A stretch of 64,000 nucleotides of DNA from a bacterium (GCA_041640295.1 JBEQAR010000001.1:16453-80452); one strand, 5' to 3'. Shown: positions 1 to 9,287, numbered from the stretch's first letter. Numbers and translations: made by a program. The notes: a model not told the origin generated them from the letters alone.

Positions 1-120
1 AGATAATAATCCGTTACGTCCTAAAAATTTAATTCTAAAATTCTCTAATTCATCAGAATTTTTTATTTGATAATAAATTTGCTGAGCTTCTCTTAAAATA
101 CTATCTAATTTTTCTTTCAT
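1..120 (-). CDS. pheS: Phenylalanine-tRNA ligase alpha subunit, N-terminal part (runs off window)
   Basis: Manual translation MKEKLDSILREAQQIYYQIKNSDELENFRIKFLGRNGLLS resembles the PheS N-terminal coiled coil (RxxxLGKKG-like motif). Confidence 0.7.
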   Translation of the reverse strand, partial: MKEKLDSILREAQQIYYQIKNSDELENFRIKFLGRNGLLS

Positions 121-206
121 TTCTTAAATAAACTAAATTTAAATTTAAATTTAAATTTTTAAGTTAATTTTAAAACAATTTTATTTCAATTCTATTATAA
201 ATTCTA

Positions 207-797
207 TTATAAATCCAAAGCTTCTCTTAAGGTTTCTGGGTCAATAAATTCTATCTCTCCACCGGTTGGTATTCCTCTTTTGGGTTTTTTGATATTAAGA
301 TGATTAAATTTAGAAATTATTTTTTCAACTTCCTTTCTTGTCGGTTCAGCGTCTCTGGTTAATGGTAAAGCAATTATTACCTCTTTTATTTTTTTATCAA
401 CCGCCAATCTTTCTGATAACTTTTTCATTCTTTCTCTTAAAATTTCTTTATCTTCAAAGGGTAAAATTAATCCCCCTAAAACAAAGTAAACTCCTTTATA
501 TCTTTTTAAATTTTCAATTGTGATTAAATCTGTTTCTCTCGCTACAAGACAAAGTTTCGAAAAATCTCTTTTGGTATCTGAACAAATTTCACATAATTTT
601 TCATCAACAGTAGGAAAATAACATTTTTCACAAAAATTTAATTTCTCGATTAATAATTTAAAATAATCTAAAAATTTATTTTTAAATTTCTGATCTTGTT
701 TAAGAAACCAAAAAAACAATCGCCAAGCTTGACGCGGACCAATTTCGGGAAAACTATCAAAAATTTCAATAATTTTTTTGAATAAAGGATTAATCAT
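207..797 (-). CDS. recR: Recombination mediator RecR
   Basis: HhH FPEIGPRQA, C4 zinc finger CEKC..CEIC, Toprim YFVLGG, C-terminal GIPTGGEIEFID. Confidence 0.92.
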   Translation of the reverse strand: MINPLFKKIIEIFDSFPEIGPRQAWRLFFWFLKQDQKFKNKFLDYFKLLIEKLNFCEKCYFPTVDEKLCEICSDTKRDFSKLCLVARETDLITIENLKRYKGVYFVLGGLILPFEDKEILRERMKKLSERLAVDKKIKEVIIALPLTRDAEPTRKEVEKIISKFNHLNIKKPKRGIPTGGEIEFIDPETLREALDL

Positions 798-934
798 AAA
801 GATTTAATTAAAATTCTTTTTACACTAAAATTATAAAGTTAATCACGACATTTTAAATTACTACCTTTCTTAATGATTTGATGATGAAATTTTATTGATT
901 AACTTTCGCTTATTTAATTTTATTAATTAACATT

Positions 935-1297
935 TTAAAGTATTCTAAAAAGATATTTTAGGTTTAAAAATATAAATAGCAATAAACTTAAGATTACCGA
1001 CAACAACACTAAAGCTCCTGACATATCTTTAATAATTCTAATCTTTTCATGATATTGCTGGCTTATTAAATTACAAATTTCTTCAATGGCAGTATTAAGA
1101 ATTTCTGAAAATAAAACAAAAAAAATTGTTAAAATTACAATTAAAAATTCAAGATAAGAAATTTTTAAAAAAGTAAAATAAATAATAGTTAAAATACCAA
1201 TCAATATTTCAATCTTAAAATGTTTATGAGTTAAATAAATATAATATAAACCTAAAAAGGCGTTTTTAAAACTTTGAAAAATATTTTTATTTTTCAT
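935..1297 (-). CDS. dgkA: Diacylglycerol/undecaprenol kinase family protein
   Basis: SFKNAFLG start, EILNTAIEE and IIKDMSGALV motifs, three hydrophobic segments. Confidence 0.88.
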   Translation of the reverse strand: MKNKNIFQSFKNAFLGLYYIYLTHKHFKIEILIGILTIIYFTFLKISYLEFLIVILTIFFVLFSEILNTAIEEICNLISQQYHEKIRIIKDMSGALVLLSVILSLLLFIFLNLKYLFRIL

Positions 1298-1348
1298 ATA
1301 ATTATTTTAAAATATAAAGGTTATAATTTATATAAATTTAAAAATTAT

Positions 1349-1434
1349 GCCCGGGTGGCGGAATTGGCAGACGCGTTGGGCTTAAAACCCAATGGCCTAA
1401 TTAGGCCGTGTGGGTTCGACTCCCACCCCGGGCA
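1349..1434 (+). tRNA. tRNA-Leu(TAA)
   Basis: Cloverleaf GCCCGGG/CCCGGGC, anticodon arm TTGGG-CT TAA AA-CCCAA, long variable arm, GTTCGAC T-loop. Confidence 0.95.
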
Positions 1435-1438
1435 AAAA

Positions 1439-1522
1439 CCAGGGGTGGCAGAGTGGTCAATTGCACCTGGCTGTAAACCAGGCGCCCTTGTGGCTGCGCA
1501 GGTTCGAATCCTGCCCCCTGGA
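1439..1522 (+). tRNA. tRNA-Tyr(GTA) with C1-G72
   Basis: CCAGGGG/CCCCTGG-A acceptor, CCTGG-CT GTA AA-CCAGG, long variable arm. Confidence 0.95.
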
Positions 1523-1534
1523 ATCATTTTATTT

Positions 1535-1607
1535 GCCAGGGTAGCTCAGTGGTTAGAGCACCGCTCTGGTAATGCGGAGGTCGCGGGTTCAAATCCCGTC
1601 CCTGGCT
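1535..1607 (+). tRNA. tRNA-Thr(GGT)
   Basis: GCCAGGG/CCCTGGC-T, anticodon loop CT GGT AA, GTTCAAATC. Confidence 0.93.
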
Positions 1608-1612
1608 AAAAA

Positions 1613-1701
1613 GGAGAGGTGGCCGAATGGTTAAGGCAAGGTCCTGCTAAGACCTGTCCGTCTAAAAAACGGACTTGTGGGTTCGAATCCCACCCTCTCC
1701 G
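1613..1701 (+). tRNA. tRNA-Ser(GCT)
   Basis: GGAGAGG/CCTCTCC-G, AGGTC-CT GCT AA-GACCT, long variable arm. Confidence 0.95.
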
Positions 1702-1751
1702 CATAAAATAATTTTTAGTTTGAGTGATTAACTTTAATTTAAAAATTCGAA

Positions 1752-1836
1752 GGAGGGGTGGCAGAACGGCTAATGCGCTGGTCTTGAAAACCAGTGGCCC
1801 TTAGTGGCCTTGTGGGTTCGAATCCCACCCCCTCCG
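1752..1836 (+). tRNA. tRNA-Ser(TGA)
   Basis: GGAGGGG/CCCCTCC-G, CTGGT-CT TGA AA-ACCAG, long variable arm. Confidence 0.95.
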
Positions 1837-1962
1837 CTATTTTCATCTATCTTTTAATAGAAAAATTTTTTGATGAGATAATTAAAAATAATCTTCTGTA
1901 ATTATGTAGTTAGTTTACTTTTACTATTAAAATTTTTAATTTATATACCGATTAATAATTTG

Positions 1963-2034
1963 TGGACTGAGGGGGATTCGAACCCCCGACCTCTGCTTTG
2001 CGATAGCAGCGCTCTACCACTGAGCTATCAGCCC
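1963..2034 (-). tRNA. tRNA-Ala(CGC)
   Basis: Reverse complement GGGCTGA/TCAGTCC-A with G3.U70, CTGCT-AT CGC AA-AGCAG. Confidence 0.93.
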
Positions 2035-2073
2035 ATTAAATTATATTTACTATTTAAATTATTTTACTTCAAA

Positions 2074-2505
2074 TTATAAGTTAAGAATAAAATTAATTGG
2101 ACCGGCATTTTGGCTTTCAATTATCATCTCCTCACCAAAAACACCATTAACAAAAGAGAAATTTTTACTTGCTAATAAGCTTAAAAATTTATCATAAATA
2201 TTTTTAGCTACATCTTTAGATAGATTATTAAACTCTGGTTTATTTTTTTCAATTTTTGCTATTAAAGTAACATTAGGAATAATCATTAAATAAATTTTTT
2301 TGTCTAAATCTGATAATGACTTTTTGAATTTCCCACCATCATCTATAAATTTAATTTTTAATAATTTATTAACAATTTCTTCTTCCCTATTTTCATCAAA
2401 TTTTTCTATTCCTAAATATATTAAATAGCCATCATTAATCTCTCCAAGTATTCTGTCCTTAACTAACAATTTTGCATATTTTACTTTTTGTATTAAAATT
2501 TTCAT
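2074..2505 (-). CDS. dtd: D-aminoacyl-tRNA deacylase (divergent)
   Basis: MKILIQKV start, GVFGEEMIIESQNAGPINF C-terminus; SQFTL motif reads PNVTL. Confidence 0.8.
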   Translation of the reverse strand: MKILIQKVKYAKLLVKDRILGEINDGYLIYLGIEKFDENREEEIVNKLLKIKFIDDGGKFKKSLSDLDKKIYLMIIPNVTLIAKIEKNKPEFNNLSKDVAKNIYDKFLSLLASKNFSFVNGVFGEEMIIESQNAGPINFILNL

Positions 2506-2524
2506 TATAAGTTTTGTATTGAAG

Positions 2525-2668
2525 ATGACATTTTTAATTTTAATAGGGATATTTTTATTATTTTTATATTTTGCCTGGCAAGAACAAAAAGCTGGTAATA
2601 GCCAATGGGCAATTATTTTTATTATAGCTGGTTTTGCTTTTTTAATTATGGCAATGGTAGCTCGTTAA
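2525..2668 (+). CDS. Small two-TM membrane protein (47 aa)
   Basis: Manual translation MTFLILIGIFLLFLYFAWQEQKAGNSQWAIIFIIAGFAFLIMAMVAR; fills the gap divergently from dtd; below ORF-track cutoff. Confidence 0.6.
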   Translation: MTFLILIGIFLLFLYFAWQEQKAGNSQWAIIFIIAGFAFLIMAMVAR

Positions 2669-2718
2669 TAATTTTATCTAAGATTAAGAAGGTACAGTAG
2701 CTAATAAAATTAAAACTC

Positions 2719-3609
2719 TTATTGAATTTTAAATGGAGCTTCCAGATGGAAGTGTCGTCCTGTCGTATATTTAAATGTTCTAGGATTAATAACTGTTCCA
2801 TTTTTTAATCTAATAGGAGGACCGGCTTCATAGATGATTTTTGCAAAACCTGCATCTTGAGCTGCTTCATATATATTTGCCCAGGCTTCATTATCATCTC
2901 TCCTTGTAGGTACTACATCGATAGCGGTACCATATAAAGTGTGACTTTTTGATTGATGATCGCCCCTCGAATAACCATCTGTTAAAATAACTGTAGTATC
3001 TCTATTTTTTAATTCTTCGTTAAATTTTATTAACAAATCTTTTAAATTTCTATTCACATATTCGGTTCCGTTATCGTTGTTTTCTGGAATAATATTACTT
3101 AAACCCGAAGGGAATAATTCTCTCCAAGAAACAATTTCTTCCTTTCTGCCAGTAATTATAATTAAAGCTCCAACCTTAGAATTTGTAGGAAAATTTCTTA
3201 TGTCTGTATCTGTTAAACTTTCAATCTCTAATCTTACCACCTGATAAATAACAATCCTTGGATCAAAAATAAATGGATTAATCCAATAAAGAACAGCACC
3301 AGAAAGAAAAATAACTACCAAACCAATAATAGCATTTTTCATCATTGATTTACCTTCCATTTTAACATCAGGTACAACACTTAATAAATTCTTAAAAGCA
3401 CCAAATAAAAAAACAAAAAATGCTAAAACAACAGCAATAGCTACACCTAAATTGTATAATCCTTGAAGACAATAAGAAATAGCATTAGGATTACCAATAT
3501 TAGACTCTCCACAATAATTTGAAATAAAATCTATTGGATTTTGTCCAAAAGTTTGCAAGGGTAATAATAGTAAAAAAATGAAATAAATTAATAAGAAATT
3601 AAACTGCAT
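2719..3609 (-). CDS. TrbC/VirB2-like pilin fused to M15/LAS-type Zn peptidase domain
   Basis: Signal peptide, pilin hairpin (AIAVVLAFFVFLFGAF...GKSMMKNAIIGLVVIFLSGAVLYWINP), C-terminal SHTLYGTAID and HFHLE motifs. Confidence 0.7.
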   Translation of the reverse strand: MQFNFLLIYFIFLLLLPLQTFGQNPIDFISNYCGESNIGNPNAISYCLQGLYNLGVAIAVVLAFFVFLFGAFKNLLSVVPDVKMEGKSMMKNAIIGLVVIFLSGAVLYWINPFIFDPRIVIYQVVRLEIESLTDTDIRNFPTNSKVGALIIITGRKEEIVSWRELFPSGLSNIIPENNDNGTEYVNRNLKDLLIKFNEELKNRDTTVILTDGYSRGDHQSKSHTLYGTAIDVVPTRRDDNEAWANIYEAAQDAGFAKIIYEAGPPIRLKNGTVINPRTFKYTTGRHFHLEAPFKIQ

Positions 3610-3610
3610 C

Positions 3611-4948
3611 TTAATTTTTTCTCAATTTTTCATTAATATAATTTAATAAATCATCGAAATGAACTCTATCTTGTTTAGCTGTATCTCTATCTCTAATAGT
3701 AAATGTATTATCTTCAAGTGATTGGAAATCAACCGTTAAACAAAATGGTGTACCTATTTCGTCTTGTCTTCGATAGCGTCTACCAATTGAACCACTTTCA
3801 TCATAAAAAACAATATAATAGTTCTTTAAATAATTATAAATTTCTTTTGCTTTTTTTATTAAGTTATCTTTATTTGAAAGTAATGGGAAGATAGCAATTT
3901 TTATTGGTGCAACCTGAGGAGCAAGTTTTAAAACTATTCTTTTTTCTCCATCAATTTCATCTTCATCATAAGCATCACAAATTAAAGCCAGAAAAATTCT
4001 TTCCACTCCCCAAGAAGGTTCAATAACATAAGGAATTATTTTTTTATTTTCTCTTTCATCAAAATAAGATAGATCTTTACCAGAAAATTTATTATGAGCC
4101 GATAAATCATAATCACCCCGATGAGCAATACCTTGAATCTCGTCATCACCAAAAGGAAATTTATAATAAATATCAATAGTTCTTTTTGAATAATGGGCTA
4201 ATTCTTCTTTTGCTTGCTCATAGATTATTAAATTTTTTTCTTTAAAGCCAAGAAATTTTGTATACCAGATTAAACTTTTTTCTAACCAATAATTTAACCA
4301 ATCAAAATTATCTTGAGGGTGAATGAAAAATTCAATTTCCATCTGTTCAAATTCTCTCATTCTAAAAATAAAATTTTTAGGTGTAATTTCATTTCGAAAA
4401 GCTTTACCAACTTGAGCGATTCCAAAAGGTAACTTAGCTCGATAAATTTTTAAATATTTATCAAAATTAACAAAAATTCCTTGAGCTGTTTCTGGTCTTA
4501 AAAAAGCTTGATAGGCTGATTCTTCTGTCGGACCAACATAAGTTTTGAACATTAAATTAAATTTTTTAGGTTCAGTTAAATTTCCACCACAAAGTGGGCA
4601 TAAATAATTTTCATTATTCTTTTTCACTTCACCATATTCACCCTTGAGATAATGATCGTACCTAAATCGATTATGACAATTTTTACACTCTATTAATAAA
4701 TCATAAAAATTTTCTAAATGACCTGAGGCTTGAAAAACTTCTGATTTACTAATTATCGGTGTTTCCAATAAGAAAATATTATTTTCTTGAAGAATAAAAT
4801 TAAACCACAAATTTTTAATATTATTTTTCATTAAAACCCCTAAATGACCAAAATCATAGAAACCCTTTAAACCGCCATATAAATCATAAGAATAAAAAAC
4901 AAATCCTCTTCTAGTAATTAAATTAACTATTTTTTCAAAATTAGACAT
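3611..4948 (-). CDS. glyQS: Glycine-tRNA ligase, homodimeric type
   Basis: LRPETAQGIF, FRNEITP, REFEQMEIEFF, SIGRRYRRQDEIGTP. Confidence 0.97.
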   Translation of the reverse strand: MSNFEKIVNLITRRGFVFYSYDLYGGLKGFYDFGHLGVLMKNNIKNLWFNFILQENNIFLLETPIISKSEVFQASGHLENFYDLLIECKNCHNRFRYDHYLKGEYGEVKKNNENYLCPLCGGNLTEPKKFNLMFKTYVGPTEESAYQAFLRPETAQGIFVNFDKYLKIYRAKLPFGIAQVGKAFRNEITPKNFIFRMREFEQMEIEFFIHPQDNFDWLNYWLEKSLIWYTKFLGFKEKNLIIYEQAKEELAHYSKRTIDIYYKFPFGDDEIQGIAHRGDYDLSAHNKFSGKDLSYFDERENKKIIPYVIEPSWGVERIFLALICDAYDEDEIDGEKRIVLKLAPQVAPIKIAIFPLLSNKDNLIKKAKEIYNYLKNYYIVFYDESGSIGRRYRRQDEIGTPFCLTVDFQSLEDNTFTIRDRDTAKQDRVHFDDLLNYINEKLRKN

Positions 4949-4972
4949 TATTTTAAATTTTTGAATTAATTG

Positions 4973-6817
4973 CTATTTAATATTTAAAACTGTTATTGGT
5001 CGCGTTTTAATCTCAAAAATTTTTTGAGAAAATTTCCCTTGAGCAGTAATGTTAAATTCAGGTAATACAACGAAATCTCTAATATCACCGTATAGAGGCG
5101 GAGTAACGCTAATTTGAAAAGCAATTTGATAAGGTGGATAGACATCACAATAACCATACGAAAGATCATTAATTAAATAACTAAATTCACCTGTATCTGG
5201 ATTAAATTGCAAATTATTAGTATCAAAATTTAAATCAAAATTTCCCGTTAAACTCACTCCTAAAGGTATTTTCCCTTTAATCATTACATTTTGAAAATCT
5301 TCTCCAAAGGAACAAATATTAAAATAAGCACTTAGTGTAGTTTGTTGACCTTTAACTAATGGGAATGGACCGCTATTAGAAAAATATTTATCATAAGTAA
5401 TTTTAGGTTCTATTTTTATTTCGCCTGGAATAACTTTTGTTTCCTGAGTTTCGACAGTTAATTTTTTTGAAAGAATTTGAACTTCGGGAGGTATTGATTC
5501 TGTTTCTAAAACTGCTTTGGTTATTAAGGTTAAATCTTTTTTACCTGCTGGGTAGTTATTGACAGTTTTAATAGTAAAACGCACTGAATTTTTATTACCA
5601 GGTTGAATAGAAATTAATTCTGGTTTATTCCTTGCATTCCAAATAATTGAATTCTCAACAGGAGAAAAATAGCCATCAGTATTAATAGACTCAAAGTTAA
5701 AATCACCACTCAAATAAACTTTTACTTGTACATTTTCTAATGAAATTTTAGATTTATTTTCCCAAGTAATTTCATAAGTTAAATATTTATTTAACTCAAC
5801 TAAATAATCGGATGGATTAGAAGTAATAAACAATCTGATTGGGCTCTCAATAATATTTAAAGTTAAATTATAAGTTTTCAAAGCAAACTTTTTATTTCGA
5901 TAAATAATTTCAGGTTTAAAAGAAATTAAAGCATTATTAACAGGATGCGTTATTTTTGCAGTTATATTAATTTCTTCAGGTTGATTAATTTTTATTTGGT
6001 TAAATTGCCATTCCAATCCATAAGTAGGTGGAGGTTCAATCACTAAAGCTTCAATTCGAGGATTGGTTTCTAAAGATAAATTTAAATCATAAGTGGCTTC
6101 GGCAATATTGGTAAACTTAAGTGAAAGCAAAAACGGTTCATTGGTAAAAATTTGATTAGGAGCGAAAACTTGAAATAAAATAGGTTCTTTATTAACAGTA
6201 ATTAACAAATTTTTAGTTAAAGAAAATGATTGATTTTTCTTAGGGCTTAAATAATAAAGTTCAACATTAAGATTTAAATTTTTCCCAACATTAGCAAGAA
6301 AAAATAATTTAACTTTAATTTCTTTGCTCTCTTTCGACTGGAAATTACCCAAGTTATAAACAATTTTATTCTCCTCTGGATTATCAAAAGAGTAAATACC
6401 TTCATCTAATTTAATAATTGCTTTTACTTCATTAATTTCGTAATTAGAACCATTAGTTATTTTTATTGAGTATTCGTAGTTTTGGAGAGAGTTAACTTCA
6501 ATTGGACCAATGATTTCAATATTAATTCCTTTTAAATAAATACTACGATAATAAAAAATAAATGAAAATATACCAACACTAACTAAAAATAATAAAAATG
6601 AAATAATAAAAATTTTTTTCAAATTAAATTTAAAAAATGGAAACAGACTTGCTTCTTCTAATTGTTGTTGCCAATCTTCTTCTTGGGCTGGCGATTTTAA
6701 TTTCTTTCCCCAAATTTTTTTAACTTTACCTAATCGCTCTGATTTAATTTCACCATATAACTCTTTTTCTAATTTTTCTTCTAAGGAAGAATCTTCTTTG
6801 GGAATCTTATCTTCCAT
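4973..6817 (-). CDS. Membrane-anchored Ig-like (DUF11-like) repeat protein, CPR-type hypothetical
   Basis: Charged N-terminus, one TM, then beta-rich modules (YEYSIKITN, LTYEITWEN, NSGPFP). Confidence 0.6.
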   Translation of the reverse strand: MEDKIPKEDSSLEEKLEKELYGEIKSERLGKVKKIWGKKLKSPAQEEDWQQQLEEASLFPFFKFNLKKIFIISFLLFLVSVGIFSFIFYYRSIYLKGINIEIIGPIEVNSLQNYEYSIKITNGSNYEINEVKAIIKLDEGIYSFDNPEENKIVYNLGNFQSKESKEIKVKLFFLANVGKNLNLNVELYYLSPKKNQSFSLTKNLLITVNKEPILFQVFAPNQIFTNEPFLLSLKFTNIAEATYDLNLSLETNPRIEALVIEPPPTYGLEWQFNQIKINQPEEINITAKITHPVNNALISFKPEIIYRNKKFALKTYNLTLNIIESPIRLFITSNPSDYLVELNKYLTYEITWENKSKISLENVQVKVYLSGDFNFESINTDGYFSPVENSIIWNARNKPELISIQPGNKNSVRFTIKTVNNYPAGKKDLTLITKAVLETESIPPEVQILSKKLTVETQETKVIPGEIKIEPKITYDKYFSNSGPFPLVKGQQTTLSAYFNICSFGEDFQNVMIKGKIPLGVSLTGNFDLNFDTNNLQFNPDTGEFSYLINDLSYGYCDVYPPYQIAFQISVTPPLYGDIRDFVVLPEFNITAQGKFSQKIFEIKTRPITVLNIK

Positions 6818-6828
6818 TATTCTATAAA

Positions 6829-7491
6829 TTATAAATTAATTTCTTTCAAATGACTTTTAAAAATTCTCTTTAAAAAATCTATTAATTTTTTATCTTTAAT
6901 ATACAAAAGTTTATTATTTTTGTAGTAAAAAACTAAATTTTTATAAAATTGGGCATCAATTTTCTCATAACTTGGTTTACGACAGCGATAACAATAAAAT
7001 TTAGCACCACGGTAATAAACATCACCACTAAGCTGTCGGTTACATTTACTACAATGAGTTAAATTAGGTGTTATTCCTAATTCTTCAAAAATTGAATTCA
7101 AAAACCAAATTAAAAAAGTTTTTTTATGTTTTAAGAGATAATAATCTAAATTGATTATTTGATTAAAAAAAGTAGAAGAAACTGAAAATAAACTAAAATA
7201 TCTTAAAAATCTTAGTGCCCATAGATAAGAATAAGGAAATTTTTTAAAAACTTTAATCGGTATTTTAAATGGTAAAAATGATAATATTTTAAAAAAATTC
7301 AACTCGGAGACTAAAAAAAATCTACCCCAAACTCCTGGTTGAATAACAGAAATAAGCTTACTTTCACTTCTATTAATTCCATCAATTCTTGCTTTGATAA
7401 TTCCTAATTCTTGTGTTAAAATATAAATAAGTGCTGATTTTTCTTTAATATTTTTTTTTATTAAAATTAAACCATTAATCTTTACATACAT
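6829..7491 (-). CDS. recO: DNA repair protein RecO
   Basis: OB-fold N-terminus (GLILIKKNIKE..ILTQELGII), CSKC..CYRC zinc finger. Confidence 0.82.
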   Translation of the reverse strand: MYVKINGLILIKKNIKEKSALIYILTQELGIIKARIDGINRSESKLISVIQPGVWGRFFLVSELNFFKILSFLPFKIPIKVFKKFPYSYLWALRFLRYFSLFSVSSTFFNQIINLDYYLLKHKKTFLIWFLNSIFEELGITPNLTHCSKCNRQLSGDVYYRGAKFYCYRCRKPSYEKIDAQFYKNLVFYYKNNKLLYIKDKKLIDFLKRIFKSHLKEINL

Positions 7492-7494
7492 ATA

Positions 7495-8736
7495 ATGGAT
7501 AGATTAAAAACAAAAAAATTAAAAACAATTTTGATATTTTTTATTTTAACATTAAATATTGCTTTAGCAATTACATTTTCATATTCGAAACCTAACTTCA
7601 ATTTTGAATTTGATTTAAAAAATACTAAAGAAAGCTCAAAAAATTTACTTGATAATTTTTTCCTTTCTAAATTACCTGGAGTTAGTCAAGAATACGATAA
7701 ACTCTTACTAAAGGTTTGGCAAAAAATAAATAATTACTATATAGAACAAGAAAAAATTAATCCAGATAAGGCAGCATTTGAAGCTATTCGGGGTATAGTA
7801 AAATCTTTAGAAGATCCTTATTCAGAAATTTATACCCCGAAGCAAGCAAAAATTTTTGAAGAAGATTTATCTGGTAAATTTTGTGGTATGGGAGCAGAAA
7901 TTGGATTTAGGAATAATGTTCTTACAATTATTTCTCCGCTTGAAGGTACACCAGCAGAAAGAGCAGGTATAAAAGCTGGAGATTTAATTTTAAAAATCAA
8001 TAACGAAGATACAGCTAAGATGACTTTAGAAGAAGCGGTTTCGAAGATTAGAGGGGAATGTAAAACTAAAGTGATACTTACAATCTTTAGAGAAGGTTGG
8101 GAAAAAGAAAAAGAAATTGAAATCATCAGAGAAGAGATAAAAATTTTACCAGTCAAAAGTGAATTTATTCCTCCTAATATTGGATATATAAAAATTAATA
8201 GCTTTAATCAAGAAACATTAGCTGATTTTTTAAAAAATTACAACAGCTTAAAACAAAAAGGGGCTAATAGGTTTATTTTAGATTTAAGAAATAATCCTGG
8301 TGGTTATTTAGATACTGCTATTAATCTATCAGAATTATTTATTCCAAGAGGTAAGGTTATTTTAAAAGAATTATGGGGTAAAGAAAAAAATAAAAAAAGA
8401 GTAGTTTCTGAAGGACCAGGTTATTTGGCAAATGAAAAAATTGTTGTTTTAGTTAATAAAGGAAGTGCTTCAGCTGCAGAAATTTTTGCCGGTGCTTTAA
8501 GAGATAATTTAGGAACAAAATTAATAGGAGAAAAAACATTCGGTAAAGGTAGTGTCCAGCAAGTATTTAAAATTGATGATTATTTATTAAAATTAACTGT
8601 GGCTTATTGGTTAACTCCTTCGGAAATAAAATTAGAAGGTCAAGGATTAGAACCTGATATTAAAATTGAAGATAAAAAAGAAAACGATAAAGATTTAATT
8701 TTAGAAAAGGCTAAAGAAATTATTAATAAATACTAA
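7495..8736 (+). CDS. C-terminal processing protease, S41A family with PDZ
   Basis: SLEDPYS, PDZ GTPAERAGIKAGD, DLRNNPGG, GSASAAEI, KTFGKGSVQ. Confidence 0.95.
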   Translation: MDRLKTKKLKTILIFFILTLNIALAITFSYSKPNFNFEFDLKNTKESSKNLLDNFFLSKLPGVSQEYDKLLLKVWQKINNYYIEQEKINPDKAAFEAIRGIVKSLEDPYSEIYTPKQAKIFEEDLSGKFCGMGAEIGFRNNVLTIISPLEGTPAERAGIKAGDLILKINNEDTAKMTLEEAVSKIRGECKTKVILTIFREGWEKEKEIEIIREEIKILPVKSEFIPPNIGYIKINSFNQETLADFLKNYNSLKQKGANRFILDLRNNPGGYLDTAINLSELFIPRGKVILKELWGKEKNKKRVVSEGPGYLANEKIVVLVNKGSASAAEIFAGALRDNLGTKLIGEKTFGKGSVQQVFKIDDYLLKLTVAYWLTPSEIKLEGQGLEPDIKIEDKKENDKDLILEKAKEIINKY

Positions 8737-8744
8737 AAATAAAA

Positions 8745-9227
8745 ATGGCAAAAAAAATTAAAAAAGACAAAAATTTACCTGTTCTTCTTTTGGAAGATAT
8801 TCCTCAAGTTGGTAATCAGGGTGAAATTAAAAAAATCAAAAGAGGGTTTGTTGCTTTTTTAATTCGACAAAAAAAAGCAATAGTAGTTAATAAGAATAAT
8901 CTGAAAAAATTAGAAAATTTAAAATTAATTGCAGAAAAAAATAGAGAAGAAAGAATTCATAGATTGAATCAATTAAAAGAAGAAATAGAAAAATTAATTT
9001 TTGAAACTACAATAAGAGTTGGCCCCAATAAAGAAATTTATAATTCTGTTAGTGCAAATGATATTATTAGCTTTCTCAAAAAACACGATATTAATGTAAC
9101 TCGAAATCAAATTGAATTAGAAAAATCAATAAAAACAGTTGGTGAATATTTAATACCAATAAATTTAGGACACGGAATTAAAGCCACTCTTAAAATTATA
9201 GTTAAAGAAGAAAAAGTAAATATTTAA
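8745..9227 (+). CDS. rplI: 50S ribosomal protein L9 (divergent)
   Basis: VLLLEDIPQVGNQGEI N-domain, IKTVGEYLIPINLGHGIKATLKI C-domain. Confidence 0.88.
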   Translation: MAKKIKKDKNLPVLLLEDIPQVGNQGEIKKIKRGFVAFLIRQKKAIVVNKNNLKKLENLKLIAEKNREERIHRLNQLKEEIEKLIFETTIRVGPNKEIYNSVSANDIISFLKKHDINVTRNQIELEKSIKTVGEYLIPINLGHGIKATLKIIVKEEKVNI

Positions 9228-9287
9228 AATCTACTTAAATAAGCATACTTTAATTCTGAAAAAATTTATTGTATAATTTTATTTGAA

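Noticed and set aside
134-160. (TAAATT)n run upstream of pheS
   Set aside because: Low-complexity AT sequence expected at this base composition
1274-1609. ORFs of 111 aa (+) and 60 aa (-, 1345-1527)
   Set aside because: They overlie the tRNA-Leu/Tyr/Thr genes; open only because tRNA sequence is GC-rich
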